64,000 nucleotides of DNA from an uncultured Gemmatimonadales bacterium (GCA_963798845.1 CAWCUS010000005.1:224001-288000); one strand, 5' to 3'. Numbered from the stretch's first letter, positions 8,069-18,922 are shown. Translations and numbers: made by a program. The notes: a model not told the origin generated them from the letters alone.

Positions 8069-11000
8069 CTACCCTGCCGTCGCCTGCGCCTCCAGCGCGA
8101 TGCGCTCCAGGCGGCGGCGCTCCGGCCGACGCTCGAACGCCAGGTACAGTGCCGGGGTGACGGTCAGCACCAGGATCGTGGAGCTCGCCAGTCCGCCGAT
8201 CAGTGCGTACGCGAGCGCGTTCCAGATGTTCTCGTTGGCGGACGCGCTGAAGAGGACCAGAGGGAGGAGACCGACGATCGTGGTCGTGCTCGTCATCAGG
8301 ATCGGCCGCACGCGCTCGAGCGTCCCGCGCAGCACCGCGGGCTGGAGCGCCATTCCCTCCCCGCGCCTGAGCTGGTTGATGTGGTCCACCAGGAGAATCG
8401 CGTTGTTCACCACGATGCCGCCCATCATGATGACACCGATGTAGGCTTCCCGGGTGAAGCTTGCGCCCGTGCAAGAGAAGACCAGGAAGACACCCACGAG
8501 TGCCATCGGCACGGTCAGCAGCACGGTCAGCGGCTGGCGCAGCGACTCGAACAGCGCCGCCGTCATCATGAACACCAGCAGGATGGAAAGGGCGAGGACG
8601 CCGAAGACCTGGCGCTGCTCTTCCTCGTTCCAGCGCCACTCGTCGCCCGTCTCGAGGCTGTATCCGGGCGGCAGAAACGTGTTGGCGATGACCGCCTCCT
8701 GGATGCGGTCGCCGAGCCGGGTCGGACCCCGGAACTCATACGCGACGAACCGCCTGTAGCGCTGGTCCTCCCGCTCGATCCGGCTCAGGACGTTCCGCTC
8801 CTGGAGCGTCGCCACGTCGCCGAGACGAACGGCGGATCCGCCCCGCGTCGGCAACAGCAGGTGCCGCAGCCCCGGCAGGTCCATGTCCCGGTGCCCCGCC
8901 AGCTTGACGGAGAACCGCACTTCCTCCCCCGCCACCCGCATCTCCACATCGCTGGCGCTGCTTCGCGTGGCGGCCGTCACCTGCCACACCACGTCCCGGG
9001 CCGTCAGGTCGTGAAGCGCCAGCCGCCTCCGGTCGACCGCGAGCACCAGCTCCGTTTCCTTCTCCTGGTACCAGCGGCCGCTGGAGTTCGTGTCCACTTC
9101 CCGGATCCGGCTGAACCGCTCCAGCCGATCGCCCAGGTCCTCGGCGATCTCGCGCACCTTCTCGTAGTTGTACCCGGACACCTCGATCGAGTAGTTGGGC
9201 GGGCTGTTCCCGCCACCGTAGAAGGATGGACCGTAGCCGTAGACGCGCACCTCCATCCCGCCGAACCGATGGCTGTACGCGAGCAGCTGCTCCTTGATGG
9301 CCGCAGGGATGCTCGTCGCCTCGAGCGAGTCGAGAAACGTCACCTGGATGCTCCCGGAGGCGGGCTGCACGCGGGTCACGAACCGGTCCACCTCCGCGAT
9401 CGTCCGCAGCTTTCCCTCGAAATCACGGAGCAGCCCATCGACGCGATCGATGTCCTCGCCCTGCGGCATCCGCGCCTGGATCTCGATGTAGTCGTCCTGG
9501 CCCCACCAGTCGCCCCAGAGCACACCGCGCGTCACGTACGCGTCGAACAGGCGGTATGACCCTCCGAGCAGGGCCAGCGCCACGATCACGGTCATGACGG
9601 GATGCCGGAGGGTGAAGCCGACCAGGGCGGCGTACAGCCGGATGTACCACGGGGGGCGCCGTTCCTCCCGCCCGCCGCCCGGGCGCGGCGCCGGATCCGC
9701 GCCCGCGGCCCTCCGCCGCGGCCAGCTACGGAGAATGGCCTGGCCCTGCTCGTCGGGAGGGACGCCCACCAGGATCCGACTCGCGACGCCGGGGATGAAG
9801 CTGAAGGCGACGAACAGGCTCGCCACCAGGCTGAATCCGACGACGACGGCCAGCGGCACATAGTAGGCCTGGAGGTCGCCCTGGAGGTAGACGAAAGGGA
9901 TCAGGACCACCACGGTCGTGAGGGTGGCGGCGAGGATCGGCAGGACGACGTCACGCGCCCCGCGCTCCGCGGCGGCTGCCGGGGCGTCGCCGAGGTTGCG
10001 GCGACGGAAGACGTTCTCGAGCACGACGATGGCGTTGTCCACGATCAGGCCGAAGCCCATGGCGATCCCCATGAGCGTCAGGACGTTCAGCGTGAGCCCG
10101 CCGAAGTAGATGAGGTTCAGCGTGATGAGCACGCTGAACGCGATGGTGGCGAAAACGATCCCCGCGGAGACGAGCGACCCGAGGAAGACGAGCAGGACCA
10201 GGAAGATCGCGCCCGCGGCCACGAGCGCTCTGATCCTCAGGTCGGAGAGCTGGGCGCGCACCGCGTCGCTCTCATCCTCGTCCAGGATCAGGCGGGTGCC
10301 CGGCGGGTTGAGCGCCTCGATGGCGGCGAGCCTCGCCTTCACCGCGTCCGCCACCCGCACCACGTTGCTCCCGGACTCCTTGTGCACCGTGAAGCTCACG
10401 GCCGGGAAGCCGTCGATCCGGTAGTAGCTGCGGGCGTCCTCGAATGTGTCGTGGACCACCCCAATGTCGGAGACGCGGATGACGCGGCCGCGGGTCGTCA
10501 ACACCGGAAGGGCGAGGACGTCCGCGACGGACTCCGCCCGGTGCCGGATGGCGACGGTCCGGACCAGCCCCTCGTCCTCGACCCGGCCGGCTTCCTTGAC
10601 GTACTCCAGCGACTGGATCTTCTCCCGGACCACGTAGGGGGAGAGGCCGAGCGCCTCCAGGCGCGCCGGATCGAGCTCGATCTCGAGGAGCCGGTCGCGG
10701 CCGCCGTGAACCTCCACGTCGCTCACGCCCGAGAGCCGTGTGATCTCCGGCGCGAGCACGTCCTGCACGTGGGCGCGCAGCGCCTCCGGCGTGTACGGTC
10801 CCGTCACCGTGTACTCGAGAAATGGCTTCTGCTGTTCCTGGAACTCGTGCGGTACATACGGGAAGACCTGCGGGACCACGCGCGCCGGAAGCTCCTCTCG
10901 GGCGGCGGCCAGCCGTTCCGACAGCTCCAGCCGAGCAAAATCCATGTCCGTGTGCTGTGAGAACTCCACCTGGATTGTGGCCCGCCCGGCCTCCGACGTG

Positions 11001-11239
11001 GACAGCACCTTCTCCACGCCCCGGAGCCGCTGCACCACCCTCTCCACGGGCGAGGCGACGAACGCTTCGACCGCTTCGGGCGACGACCCGGGCCACTGGG
11101 CCTGGACCGTCAGGCGGGGCAGCTGCGTGTCCGGCAGCAGCTCCAGCGGAATGTTCCGCCACGCCGCGAACCCGAGCAGCGCGATCGCCACGTAGGTCAT
11201 GGTCACCGCCACCGGCCGGCGGATGGCCAGGCGGATCAA
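8069..11239 (-). CDS. RND efflux permease (AcrB/AcrD/AcrF family)
   Basis: 1056 aa. IRRPVAV start, GLIVDNAIVVLEN, GIVVNNAILLVD, RVRPILMTS. Confidence 0.95.
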   Translation of the reverse strand: MIRLAIRRPVAVTMTYVAIALLGFAAWRNIPLELLPDTQLPRLTVQAQWPGSSPEAVEAFVASPVERVVQRLRGVEKVLSTSEAGRATIQVEFSQHTDMDFARLELSERLAAAREELPARVVPQVFPYVPHEFQEQQKPFLEYTVTGPYTPEALRAHVQDVLAPEITRLSGVSDVEVHGGRDRLLEIELDPARLEALGLSPYVVREKIQSLEYVKEAGRVEDEGLVRTVAIRHRAESVADVLALPVLTTRGRVIRVSDIGVVHDTFEDARSYYRIDGFPAVSFTVHKESGSNVVRVADAVKARLAAIEALNPPGTRLILDEDESDAVRAQLSDLRIRALVAAGAIFLVLLVFLGSLVSAGIVFATIAFSVLITLNLIYFGGLTLNVLTLMGIAMGFGLIVDNAIVVLENVFRRRNLGDAPAAAAERGARDVVLPILAATLTTVVVLIPFVYLQGDLQAYYVPLAVVVGFSLVASLFVAFSFIPGVASRILVGVPPDEQGQAILRSWPRRRAAGADPAPRPGGGREERRPPWYIRLYAALVGFTLRHPVMTVIVALALLGGSYRLFDAYVTRGVLWGDWWGQDDYIEIQARMPQGEDIDRVDGLLRDFEGKLRTIAEVDRFVTRVQPASGSIQVTFLDSLEATSIPAAIKEQLLAYSHRFGGMEVRVYGYGPSFYGGGNSPPNYSIEVSGYNYEKVREIAEDLGDRLERFSRIREVDTNSSGRWYQEKETELVLAVDRRRLALHDLTARDVVWQVTAATRSSASDVEMRVAGEEVRFSVKLAGHRDMDLPGLRHLLLPTRGGSAVRLGDVATLQERNVLSRIEREDQRYRRFVAYEFRGPTRLGDRIQEAVIANTFLPPGYSLETGDEWRWNEEEQRQVFGVLALSILLVFMMTAALFESLRQPLTVLLTVPMALVGVFLVFSCTGASFTREAYIGVIMMGGIVVNNAILLVDHINQLRRGEGMALQPAVLRGTLERVRPILMTSTTTIVGLLPLVLFSASANENIWNALAYALIGGLASSTILVLTVTPALYLAFERRPERRRLERIALEAQATAG

Positions 11240-14200
11240 GGCGCCTCCCGGACCGCGCCGCCCCCCGCCGCTCCCGCCGACCCGGCCACTCTCGCGGCGT
11301 GGGCAGTGGCGTCCCGGTCCTTCCCGGGCCCGCCCGTGCCGAAGACGCGCAGCCGAACCTCCTCGAGGAGGTCGTACGCGACGGGAACGACGATCAGGGT
11401 CAGGGCGGTCGCCGTCAGCAGACCCCCGATCACGGATACGGCGAGAGGCGCCCGCAGGTCGGCGCCGCGCCCGATGCCCAGGGCCATCGGCAGGAGTCCG
11501 AGCACGGTGGTGACCGTGGTCATGACGATCGGCCGGAGCCGCGCCCTCCCTGCCTCCAGGATCGCGTCGTGCACGGATGCTCCACGTGCGCGCGCCTGGT
11601 TGATGAAGTCCACCTTCACAATGGCGTCGTTCACCGCGATTCCCACCAGGATGACGACGCCGATCAGGCTCATCGTGTTGAGTCCGGCACCGGTGAGCCG
11701 CAGCGCTGCGATGGCGCCGATGAGGGCCAGCGGAACGCTCAGCAGGATCGTGAACGGGTGGAGGAACGACTCGAACTGGGCCGCCAGGATCATGTACACC
11801 AGGAGGAGCGCGAGCCCGAACGCGAACCCGAGATCGCGGAAGCTCTGACCCATCTCCTCGTTCTCCCCGCCGATCTCCACCCGGAGACCGCGCGGGACGG
11901 GCGCCTGCGCCGCGATTGCGGCGTGGATGGCCTCGACAGCCGACGCCAGGCCGGCGCCCGCCACATCGGCGTAGACGGGGATGACCCGGCTCTGTTCGCG
12001 GCGCTGAATCTCGCTCGGGCCCAGCGCTTCGGTGACCCGGATGAGCTCGCGCAGCGGCACGCCCTGGACCGACAGGCGGTCCAGCGTGCCCAGCGATCGA
12101 CGCTGGGACTCGGGCAGCCGGACCATGATCGGGACCTTCCGGTCGAACTCCACCAGCTCGGTGGCGACGTGCCCGAGCATGTACCGCTCCACGGCCTCCG
12201 CCACGAGGCGCGTGTCGATCCCGTGCGCGGCAGCCCGCTCGCGGTCGATCTCCACCTGCACCTCCGGCTGTCCGAGCTCGAGCCCGAGCCGCACGTTCTC
12301 CAGCGAGGCGACGTGGGCTAGGACATGCTCCAGCCGCTCGGCGTACCGCAGCGTCGCGCCATCGTCCTCACCGCGGATCCGCACTGCCACGTCCGCTTCC
12401 GCGCCGCCCAACAACCGCCCCAGCCCGGTGGCCTGCCCCGTCTCCACGCTCACCACGCCCGCGGGGAACTGTCGGAGTGCCGGCCTCAGATGCTGCAGCG
12501 CGTCCCCGGTGGCGGCGCGCGCGGCCAGCCGAACGTCCAGCATGGCGGTGTTCAGCCCGCTCTCCCGCTCATCCATTCCCGAAACGGCCGCTTCCCTGCC
12601 CACCCGGCTGAAGACGGCGTCCACGCCCGCGGTCCCGCGCAGTAGCGATTCGAGCCGCGTCACCACCTCGGCCGTCTGCTCCAGCGACGTTCCCTTCGGC
12701 AGCTCCACTCGGACGCGGAACGAACCCTGGTCCACATCGGGGAGCACGCTGCGTGGCAGCGTCCACGCCGTGGCGGCCGCGGCGAGGACGAGGGCGAGGG
12801 TCACCAGGACCACCCGGCGACGCCGTCTCAGGGAGCGCTCTAGGATGCCGTGGTACCAGTCCGCAAAGCGGGTGAACTGGCGGTCGAAGGCGGCCAGCGA
12901 GGGGCCAAACACGCGCCCCGCGGCGGCGCCGGCCCCCCGGCCCAGCCGGCTCAGCCGGCCCCGCACGGCAGAGACGTCCTCGTCGCCGTGCGGGTGCCAG
13001 CGCGCCGCCATCGCGGGCAGGAGCGTGAGGGCGACCACGAGACTGGCGAGCAGCGAGAACGCCACGGCCAGGGAGAGCGCGCCGAAGAGCTCCCCGGCCA
13101 CCCCCTTCACGTAGACGAGGGGACCGAACACGCTGATGGTCGTGAGCGTCGACGCGGTGATCGCCCCCTGGACCTCCTCCGCTCCCAAGGCCGCGGACTC
13201 CGGCGTGGTGGTCTCCACGCCCGCACCCTGCAGCTCGCGGTGCCGGAAGACGTTCTCCAGCACGATGATGGTGTTGTCCACCAGCATACCCACACCGAGC
13301 GCGAGGCCGCCCAGGCTCATGATGTTGAGCGACACCCCGGCCAGGTCCATGAGCGAGAACGCCGCGAGCACGGAGATGGGGATGGCCAGCGCGATGGCCA
13401 CGGGGAAGCGCGCGTCGCGCAGGAACAGGAACAGGACGAGGAACGCGAGGAGCCCACCCAGAAGCAGCGCCTGCACCACGTTCGAGATCGCATCGGAGAT
13501 GAACCCGGCCTGGCTCATCGCCACATCAGCGTCCAGGTCACGGTACTGCCCTCGCAGCTGGCTCAGGACCCCCTCGACTTCCTGCGCCACCCGCACCGCG
13601 TTGGCGTCGGACTCCTTGAACAGCAGCAGCCCCACGGCCTCGGCGCCGTTGTACTTCGCTGACGACGTCCGCTCTTCGTAGCCGTCCCGGATCGTCGCGA
13701 CGTCCCGGAGCGCGACCATTCCGCTCGCGGCCCGCCCCTCGGTCCCGCCGCTCGCCGATCCCCCGTTCGCCGATCCGCCGCCACTCCGCCCCGGGCGGGC
13801 CACCACCACGTCGCCGATCTCGGCGACGGACTCGAACTCGCCCAGCGTCCGCAGGTGATAGCTGAAACGGCCCCGCCGCACGGTGCCACCGGGGAGACTG
13901 TAATTCGCGGCGGCCAGCGCCTCCGAGATCCCGTCCAGCGTCACGCCGTACGCCTCCGCACGGCGCGGATCCACATCCACCTGGATCTCCCGCTCCAGTC
14001 CGCCCGTGACCGCCACCTGCGCCACACCGTCGATCTGCTCCAGGCGACGACGGAACACGGATTCCGCCAGCTCCTTCAGCGCTCGCAGGTCGCGCGGGCC
14101 AGCCAGCGAGATCGCCATCACGGGCTCGCTCCGCGGGTCCGTGCGCAGCAACACCGGGTCGTCCGACTGCTCGGGAAGCACGTGGGACAGCGTCTGAAGC

Positions 14201-14532
14201 CGCTCCCGAACGTTCAGCACCGCGAAGTCCATGTCCGTGCCCCAGGCGAACCGGACCGTGACCAGCGACACTCCCTCCCGACTCACGCTCTCCACGTCCC
14301 GCACGCCGGAGACGCGGGCGATCTGCCGCTCGATCGGCTCCGTGACGAAGCGCTCCACTTCCGCCGGCCCCACGCCCGCGTACCCCGTGTGAATGACGAG
14401 CTTCGGGTACGCCACGTCGGGCAGCAGGTCGATGGGGAGGCGCGCGAAAGAGATGAGCCCGAGAACGGCCACGGCCACGAAGAACATGGCCACCGCCACG
14501 GGGCGGGCGATGGATCGGCGCGGAAGGCTCAT
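11236..14532 (-). CDS. RND efflux permease (AcrB/AcrD/AcrF family)
   Basis: 1098 aa. SIARPVAV, LPIDLLPDV, GMLVDNTIIVLEN, RLRPIVMTT. Confidence 0.95.
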   Translation of the reverse strand: MSLPRRSIARPVAVAMFFVAVAVLGLISFARLPIDLLPDVAYPKLVIHTGYAGVGPAEVERFVTEPIERQIARVSGVRDVESVSREGVSLVTVRFAWGTDMDFAVLNVRERLQTLSHVLPEQSDDPVLLRTDPRSEPVMAISLAGPRDLRALKELAESVFRRRLEQIDGVAQVAVTGGLEREIQVDVDPRRAEAYGVTLDGISEALAAANYSLPGGTVRRGRFSYHLRTLGEFESVAEIGDVVVARPGRSGGGSANGGSASGGTEGRAASGMVALRDVATIRDGYEERTSSAKYNGAEAVGLLLFKESDANAVRVAQEVEGVLSQLRGQYRDLDADVAMSQAGFISDAISNVVQALLLGGLLAFLVLFLFLRDARFPVAIALAIPISVLAAFSLMDLAGVSLNIMSLGGLALGVGMLVDNTIIVLENVFRHRELQGAGVETTTPESAALGAEEVQGAITASTLTTISVFGPLVYVKGVAGELFGALSLAVAFSLLASLVVALTLLPAMAARWHPHGDEDVSAVRGRLSRLGRGAGAAAGRVFGPSLAAFDRQFTRFADWYHGILERSLRRRRRVVLVTLALVLAAAATAWTLPRSVLPDVDQGSFRVRVELPKGTSLEQTAEVVTRLESLLRGTAGVDAVFSRVGREAAVSGMDERESGLNTAMLDVRLAARAATGDALQHLRPALRQFPAGVVSVETGQATGLGRLLGGAEADVAVRIRGEDDGATLRYAERLEHVLAHVASLENVRLGLELGQPEVQVEIDRERAAAHGIDTRLVAEAVERYMLGHVATELVEFDRKVPIMVRLPESQRRSLGTLDRLSVQGVPLRELIRVTEALGPSEIQRREQSRVIPVYADVAGAGLASAVEAIHAAIAAQAPVPRGLRVEIGGENEEMGQSFRDLGFAFGLALLLVYMILAAQFESFLHPFTILLSVPLALIGAIAALRLTGAGLNTMSLIGVVILVGIAVNDAIVKVDFINQARARGASVHDAILEAGRARLRPIVMTTVTTVLGLLPMALGIGRGADLRAPLAVSVIGGLLTATALTLIVVPVAYDLLEEVRLRVFGTGGPGKDRDATAHAARVAGSAGAAGGGAVREAP

Positions 14533-15932
14533 CCGCCCGCGCCAACCGGTCCGGCGACCTTCTCCTCGAGCTGGAGGAGCGCTTCGGCGAACTGGTGGTG
14601 CGCATCGAGCACGTGTCGCTCCGCGTCCGCCACCTGCTCGCTCATCTGGCTCAACGCCACGTAGTCCAGCGTACCCCGGCGGTAGAGCTCCTGACCCTGC
14701 GCCAGGCGTTCCCGGGCGATGCCGGCCGAGCGCTCGGCGAGCTGCACGGCCTGGTAGCCGTTCGACAGGTCGATGACGGCCGCGCGGACCGCGCCCTCCA
14801 GCCCGAGGCGCGCCTCCCGCAGCCCCGCCCGCGCGTTGTCCGCGTCCAGGGCCGCCCCGGCCACGGTCGCCGCCGTCTGCAAGCCCGTGAAGAGCGGGAT
14901 CCCGACGCGAAGCCCGAAGCCCCAGCTCGAGTTGCCGGGGTTCAGCTCCCGGAACGCCGTGTACTCGCTCAGGCTCGCGCTCCGCCCCCAGCTGTAGTCC
15001 AGCCGCACCGACGGGAAGCGCGCCGCCCGCGCCACCGCCACCGCGCGCTCCGCCGCCGCCGCCCTCGCCTCCGCTTCCGCCAGCGTCGGACTCCCGCTCA
15101 CCGCGCGGTCCACCAGCGCGGCCACGTCGAGCTCCACCGGATCGAACAAGGCGGGAAAGCCGTCGGTGGGTGCGAACGCGCGCTCCAGCGGGACACCCAT
15201 GGCCTGGTTGAGCACGAGCGCGGCTTTCCTCGCCTCGCCCCGCGCGCTCGCCAGCGACTGCTCCGCCTGCGCCACCGCCAGCTCGGCCCCCAGGACGTCC
15301 GTGGGCTGCTTCGCGGCCACCCGCAGCAGCTCCCTGATCGCGGACAGCTGGTCCTCCGCCGTCCTGAGCACCCGCACTTCCACCCCGATCAGCTCCCGCC
15401 GCTGCACCAGGTTGAAGTAGGCACGCCCCACCGAGGTCCGCAGCGCGGCCGCGTCCCGCGCGACCGCCAGCTCCTCCGCGCTCGTCCGGGCGCGTGCCAG
15501 GCCGTACCGGCGGATCGCGGCCAGGTCGAACACGGCCAGGTCACCGCCGAGGCCCTGCGACGTGCTGCTCGTCGTGTTCCTCTCGAAGGAAGGGGACTCC
15601 TTCGGCTGACCGAAGTCGTCGAACGCGGTCCTGGTCCGGGACGTGCTGCCCCGGAAGTCGACCGACGCCGACAGCGACGGCAGCATCTGGCCCAGGCTCC
15701 GCCGCTCCTCCTCCTGCGCCGCCGAGACGGCGTTCACGGCGCGCACGTGGAGCGGGCTGTTCTCGAGCGCCAGCGCCACGGCCGCGGCCAGCGTGAGCGG
15801 CTCCGGTTCCCGGCTCCCGGGGAGCTCAGCTTCCTGCGCTCGAACGGCGCCGGGCGGGAGAATTCCCGGACTCAGCGCCGCCCCGACTGCGATGACCCGG
15901 CTCGCGCGCCGCCAGCTCCCCCGGCCGCTCAT
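14529..15932 (-). CDS. TolC-family outer membrane efflux protein
   Basis: Signal peptide, LTLAAAVALALENSP, two OEP repeats. ATGA overlaps at both ends. Confidence 0.9.
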   Translation of the reverse strand: MSGRGSWRRASRVIAVGAALSPGILPPGAVRAQEAELPGSREPEPLTLAAAVALALENSPLHVRAVNAVSAAQEEERRSLGQMLPSLSASVDFRGSTSRTRTAFDDFGQPKESPSFERNTTSSTSQGLGGDLAVFDLAAIRRYGLARARTSAEELAVARDAAALRTSVGRAYFNLVQRRELIGVEVRVLRTAEDQLSAIRELLRVAAKQPTDVLGAELAVAQAEQSLASARGEARKAALVLNQAMGVPLERAFAPTDGFPALFDPVELDVAALVDRAVSGSPTLAEAEARAAAAERAVAVARAARFPSVRLDYSWGRSASLSEYTAFRELNPGNSSWGFGLRVGIPLFTGLQTAATVAGAALDADNARAGLREARLGLEGAVRAAVIDLSNGYQAVQLAERSAGIARERLAQGQELYRRGTLDYVALSQMSEQVADAERHVLDAHHQFAEALLQLEEKVAGPVGAGG

Positions 15933-17101
15933 CGCGGCCTCTCCTCTGCGGTCCGGCCGAAGTCGTCCACCAGCCGGACCGTGGCGTCGTGCGTCAGCGT
16001 GAAGTGCCCCGCGGTGAGCACGATTTCCCCCGGCTCCACCCCCTCGGTCCCGGCGCTCTCCACGATTTCGACCAGGTCCGCGTTCTCGCGGCCGGTCGTC
16101 ACGTACCGCCACTTCGCGCGCCCATGCTCGTGCACGAACAGCATGGTACGGCGGTCCCGCTCGAGGATCGCCGACCGGGGAACCAGAATGCGGTCGGGGA
16201 TCCGCTCCGCCTCGAGCTCCACGCGCGCGTACATCCCGGGGAGGATCCGGCTGGCCGGGTTGGGGACCAGCACCGTCACCCGCGCCATCCGCGTCGTCTC
16301 GTCGACCAGCGGGTTGATGGTCCGGATGGTCCCGGTCAGCGCCTCGTCCGGAAAGGCGGCGAAGCGGATCTTCGCTTGCCCGCCGGGCACCAGATGCGAC
16401 AGCTCCCCCTCCAGCACCTGCACCTGGAGCCGGATCGGGTCCAGGTCCACGACCGTCATCAGCTCGCCCCCCGCCGCCACCTGCTGTCCCGAAACGACCT
16501 TCACCGACGCCACTCTCCCGGGGAACGGCGCCCGCACGCGCGTGCGGTCGAGGTCCAGCTTCGCCTTCCGCAGCTGGATCTCCGCCCGGTCGAGACCGCT
16601 CTTCACCCTCGCCGCCTGCTCCCGCTCACCCCGCACTTCCGCGCTCAGCCGCCCATCGAACAGCAGCTGCTCCCGATACCTGGCCTCCGCCTCCCGCCTC
16701 GCCGCTTCCGCCTCCGCCACCGCCAGCGCCCGGTCCAGCGTGTCCAGCACGGCCACCACCTCGCCCCCGGCCACGCGGCCCGCTTCGCGCACAGGAACTT
16801 CGGTCACCCGCCCGCCCACTTCCGCCACCACCGTGGCGCGCTGCCACGCCGCCGCTTCTCCCGACGCGCTCACGGACAGCACCAGCGTGTCCCGCACCGC
16901 GGCCACGCCTTGCACCGGGATGGCCACATCGATCCCGAACGCCGACGCCGCCGACGTCGGGCCCGCAGCCGCTTCGGGGGCGCCCAGAGCAGCGTCCTCC
17001 GCGGCCGAGTGGGCATTGTTCCGCGCGTACACCCCGGCGCCGAGTGCGGCCGCGACGACCACCGCGCCGGCCGCTCCGACAGCTCGCTTCGTCAAGAGCA
17101 T
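15929..17101 (-). CDS. RND periplasmic adaptor (MFP)
   Basis: Lipoyl-like halves (EVGGRV..VPVREA, VRAPFPGRV), INPLVDETTR, ILPGMYARV. Confidence 0.93.
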   Translation of the reverse strand: MLLTKRAVGAAGAVVVAAALGAGVYARNNAHSAAEDAALGAPEAAAGPTSAASAFGIDVAIPVQGVAAVRDTLVLSVSASGEAAAWQRATVVAEVGGRVTEVPVREAGRVAGGEVVAVLDTLDRALAVAEAEAARREAEARYREQLLFDGRLSAEVRGEREQAARVKSGLDRAEIQLRKAKLDLDRTRVRAPFPGRVASVKVVSGQQVAAGGELMTVVDLDPIRLQVQVLEGELSHLVPGGQAKIRFAAFPDEALTGTIRTINPLVDETTRMARVTVLVPNPASRILPGMYARVELEAERIPDRILVPRSAILERDRRTMLFVHEHGRAKWRYVTTGRENADLVEIVESAGTEGVEPGEIVLTAGHFTLTHDATVRLVDDFGRTAEERPR

Positions 17102-17297
17102 CGCTGAACCGCTTTTCGGACGTGGGGCGAAACGGCAGGGGACCGCTTCGCAACGGGAGGCCCGGCGCCAGAGCCTCTATCGTAATGCGCGGGATGGGGG
17201 CCTACAATGTCGGAAAGGGACAGCCGCCAAGGAGCGGGAAATCGGGGCCGGGACAGCGTCGCCCGGCAGGGTCACGACGCCGTCGCCCGGTCGCGGC

Positions 17298-17555
17298 TCA
17301 GCCGTCGCGACCCTGCCGGCGGCCGAGCTCCTGGCGCAGGCGCTGGACGGCGGCCTCCTCGCGCTCGTGCTGCCGGAGCAGGATGCTGGCGGCATCGTCG
17401 CGCCCGTTGGCCTGGGCTTCGGCTATGAGCCGGCGGTAGCGTGCCAGAGCATCGACCCGTTCATCCAGCTCACGCTCGAGCGGGTCCTGATTCGAGCCCT
17501 GACGGTCGGCCTGCTCCCAGAAGAGGTCCAGGCCAGGATTGCGCCGCTTGTCCAT
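17298..17555 (-). CDS. Small helical hypothetical protein (85 aa)
   Basis: GGGGAG RBS before ATG. MDKRRNPGLDLFWEQ...; charged, coiled-coil-like. Confidence 0.6.
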   Translation of the reverse strand: MDKRRNPGLDLFWEQADRQGSNQDPLERELDERVDALARYRRLIAEAQANGRDDAASILLRQHEREEAAVQRLRQELGRRQGRDG

Positions 17556-17841
17556 TGCGATCTCCCCGAGCTGGCGGAGTAACGGAAGAAAAACGCGGGG
17601 CGTCACGGGTGAGACGCCTCCGCGATCCGGGTGGCCGAGGCTGCAAAGCCCATTCCTTTCGGCGCGCGGTTCGGCCCCCCGTTTGCGTTGGCCCACGCCG
17701 AGGCCTAGCGTTGCCGGCCGGGCCTTTCCCTCCCACGAGGAGTCAGCACGTGAAGCCGACCCCCCAGAGCGGTCTTCCGGCCGCCCCCCCGCCCGGACTC
17801 GACCGGCGGACGGTTGTGTGGCGCAAAAGGACGGGGGTGCG

Positions 17842-18922
17842 GTGAGCGGTCCCGTCATTCTGCTCGCCAGGATCGGCGCGCTGCCCCAGGACTCGCTGCT
17901 CCGGAGCGTTCAGGAGGCCAGCGACTCGGCCGTCAACAGCCTCACCGGCGCCGTGGCGAAGTGGACGCATCTCGCCCCGGAGACCCAGCTGGACGTCTTC
18001 CGGTCCCTGGTCCTCATCGCGCTGGTCGTCCTGGCCCGCGCTGTGGTGCTCCGCGTCATGCGCGCCCGGGTGGCCGACATCCGGACCCGCTACAAGTGGC
18101 GGAAGACCATCACCTACATCGCGGCCGTCGTGGGCGTGCTCCTGGTCGGGCGCATCTGGTTCCAGGGCGTGCGCGACCTCGCCACCTTCCTGGGCCTGCT
18201 CTCGGCCGGCCTGGCCATCGCGCTGCGGGATCCGATCGTCAACCTGGGCGGGTGGCTGTTCATCATCTGGCGCCGTCCGTTCGTCGTGGGAGACCGGATC
18301 CAGGTCGGGGACCACGCCGGCGACGTGATCGATCAGCGCATCTTCCAGATCATCCTTCTCGAGATCGGCAACTGGGTGGACGCCGACCAGAGCACCGGCC
18401 GCCTGATCCATATCCCGAACGGCCTCGTGTTCCGGGAGCCGCTCGCGAACTACACCCGTGGCATGCAGTACATTCTGGAACGAGGTGGGGGTGCTGGTGA
18501 CCTTCGAGAGCGACTGGCGACGCGCGAAGGAGATCCTCTCGGACATCGTCGAACGGCACACGCGGGAAGTGGTGCAGGAGGCCGAGGAGCAGATGCTCAA
18601 GGCGAGCCGGCAGTACATGATCTTCTATTCCACTCTGACCCCGACGGTGTACACCGCCGTGAAGGACAGCGGGATCATGCTCACCATGCGCTTCCTCTGC
18701 CACCCGCGCCGGAGGAGGGGAACGGAGCAGGCGATCTGGGAAGATGTACTTGCCGCGTTCGGACGTGAGGACCACATTGACTTCGCTTACCCGACCGTCC
18801 GTGCATTTTACAACGCGACAGAAGGGAAGCCGGGGACGAAAACCCCGAGCGGTTCCGCAGGCGGGGCGTCCGGGCCGCTGCCTTCCCCCAACCCTGCGAA
18901 CGAGACTCCACCAAAAGGATGA
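17842..18922 (+). pseudogene. MscS-family mechanosensitive channel with a +1 frameshift at ~18473 (pseudogene or sequencing error)
   Basis: GLLSAGLAIALRDPIVN...PFVVGDRIQVG...IPNG...NYT in one frame continues as WNEVGVLVTFESDW...FAYPT in the next. Removing one T from ATTCTGG gives ATC TGG (IW). Confidence 0.85.

Noticed and set aside
14595..17582. 995-aa plus-strand ORF
   Set aside because: Antisense shadow of the tolC/MFP genes. Arg/Pro-rich with no motifs, typical of high-GC DNA.
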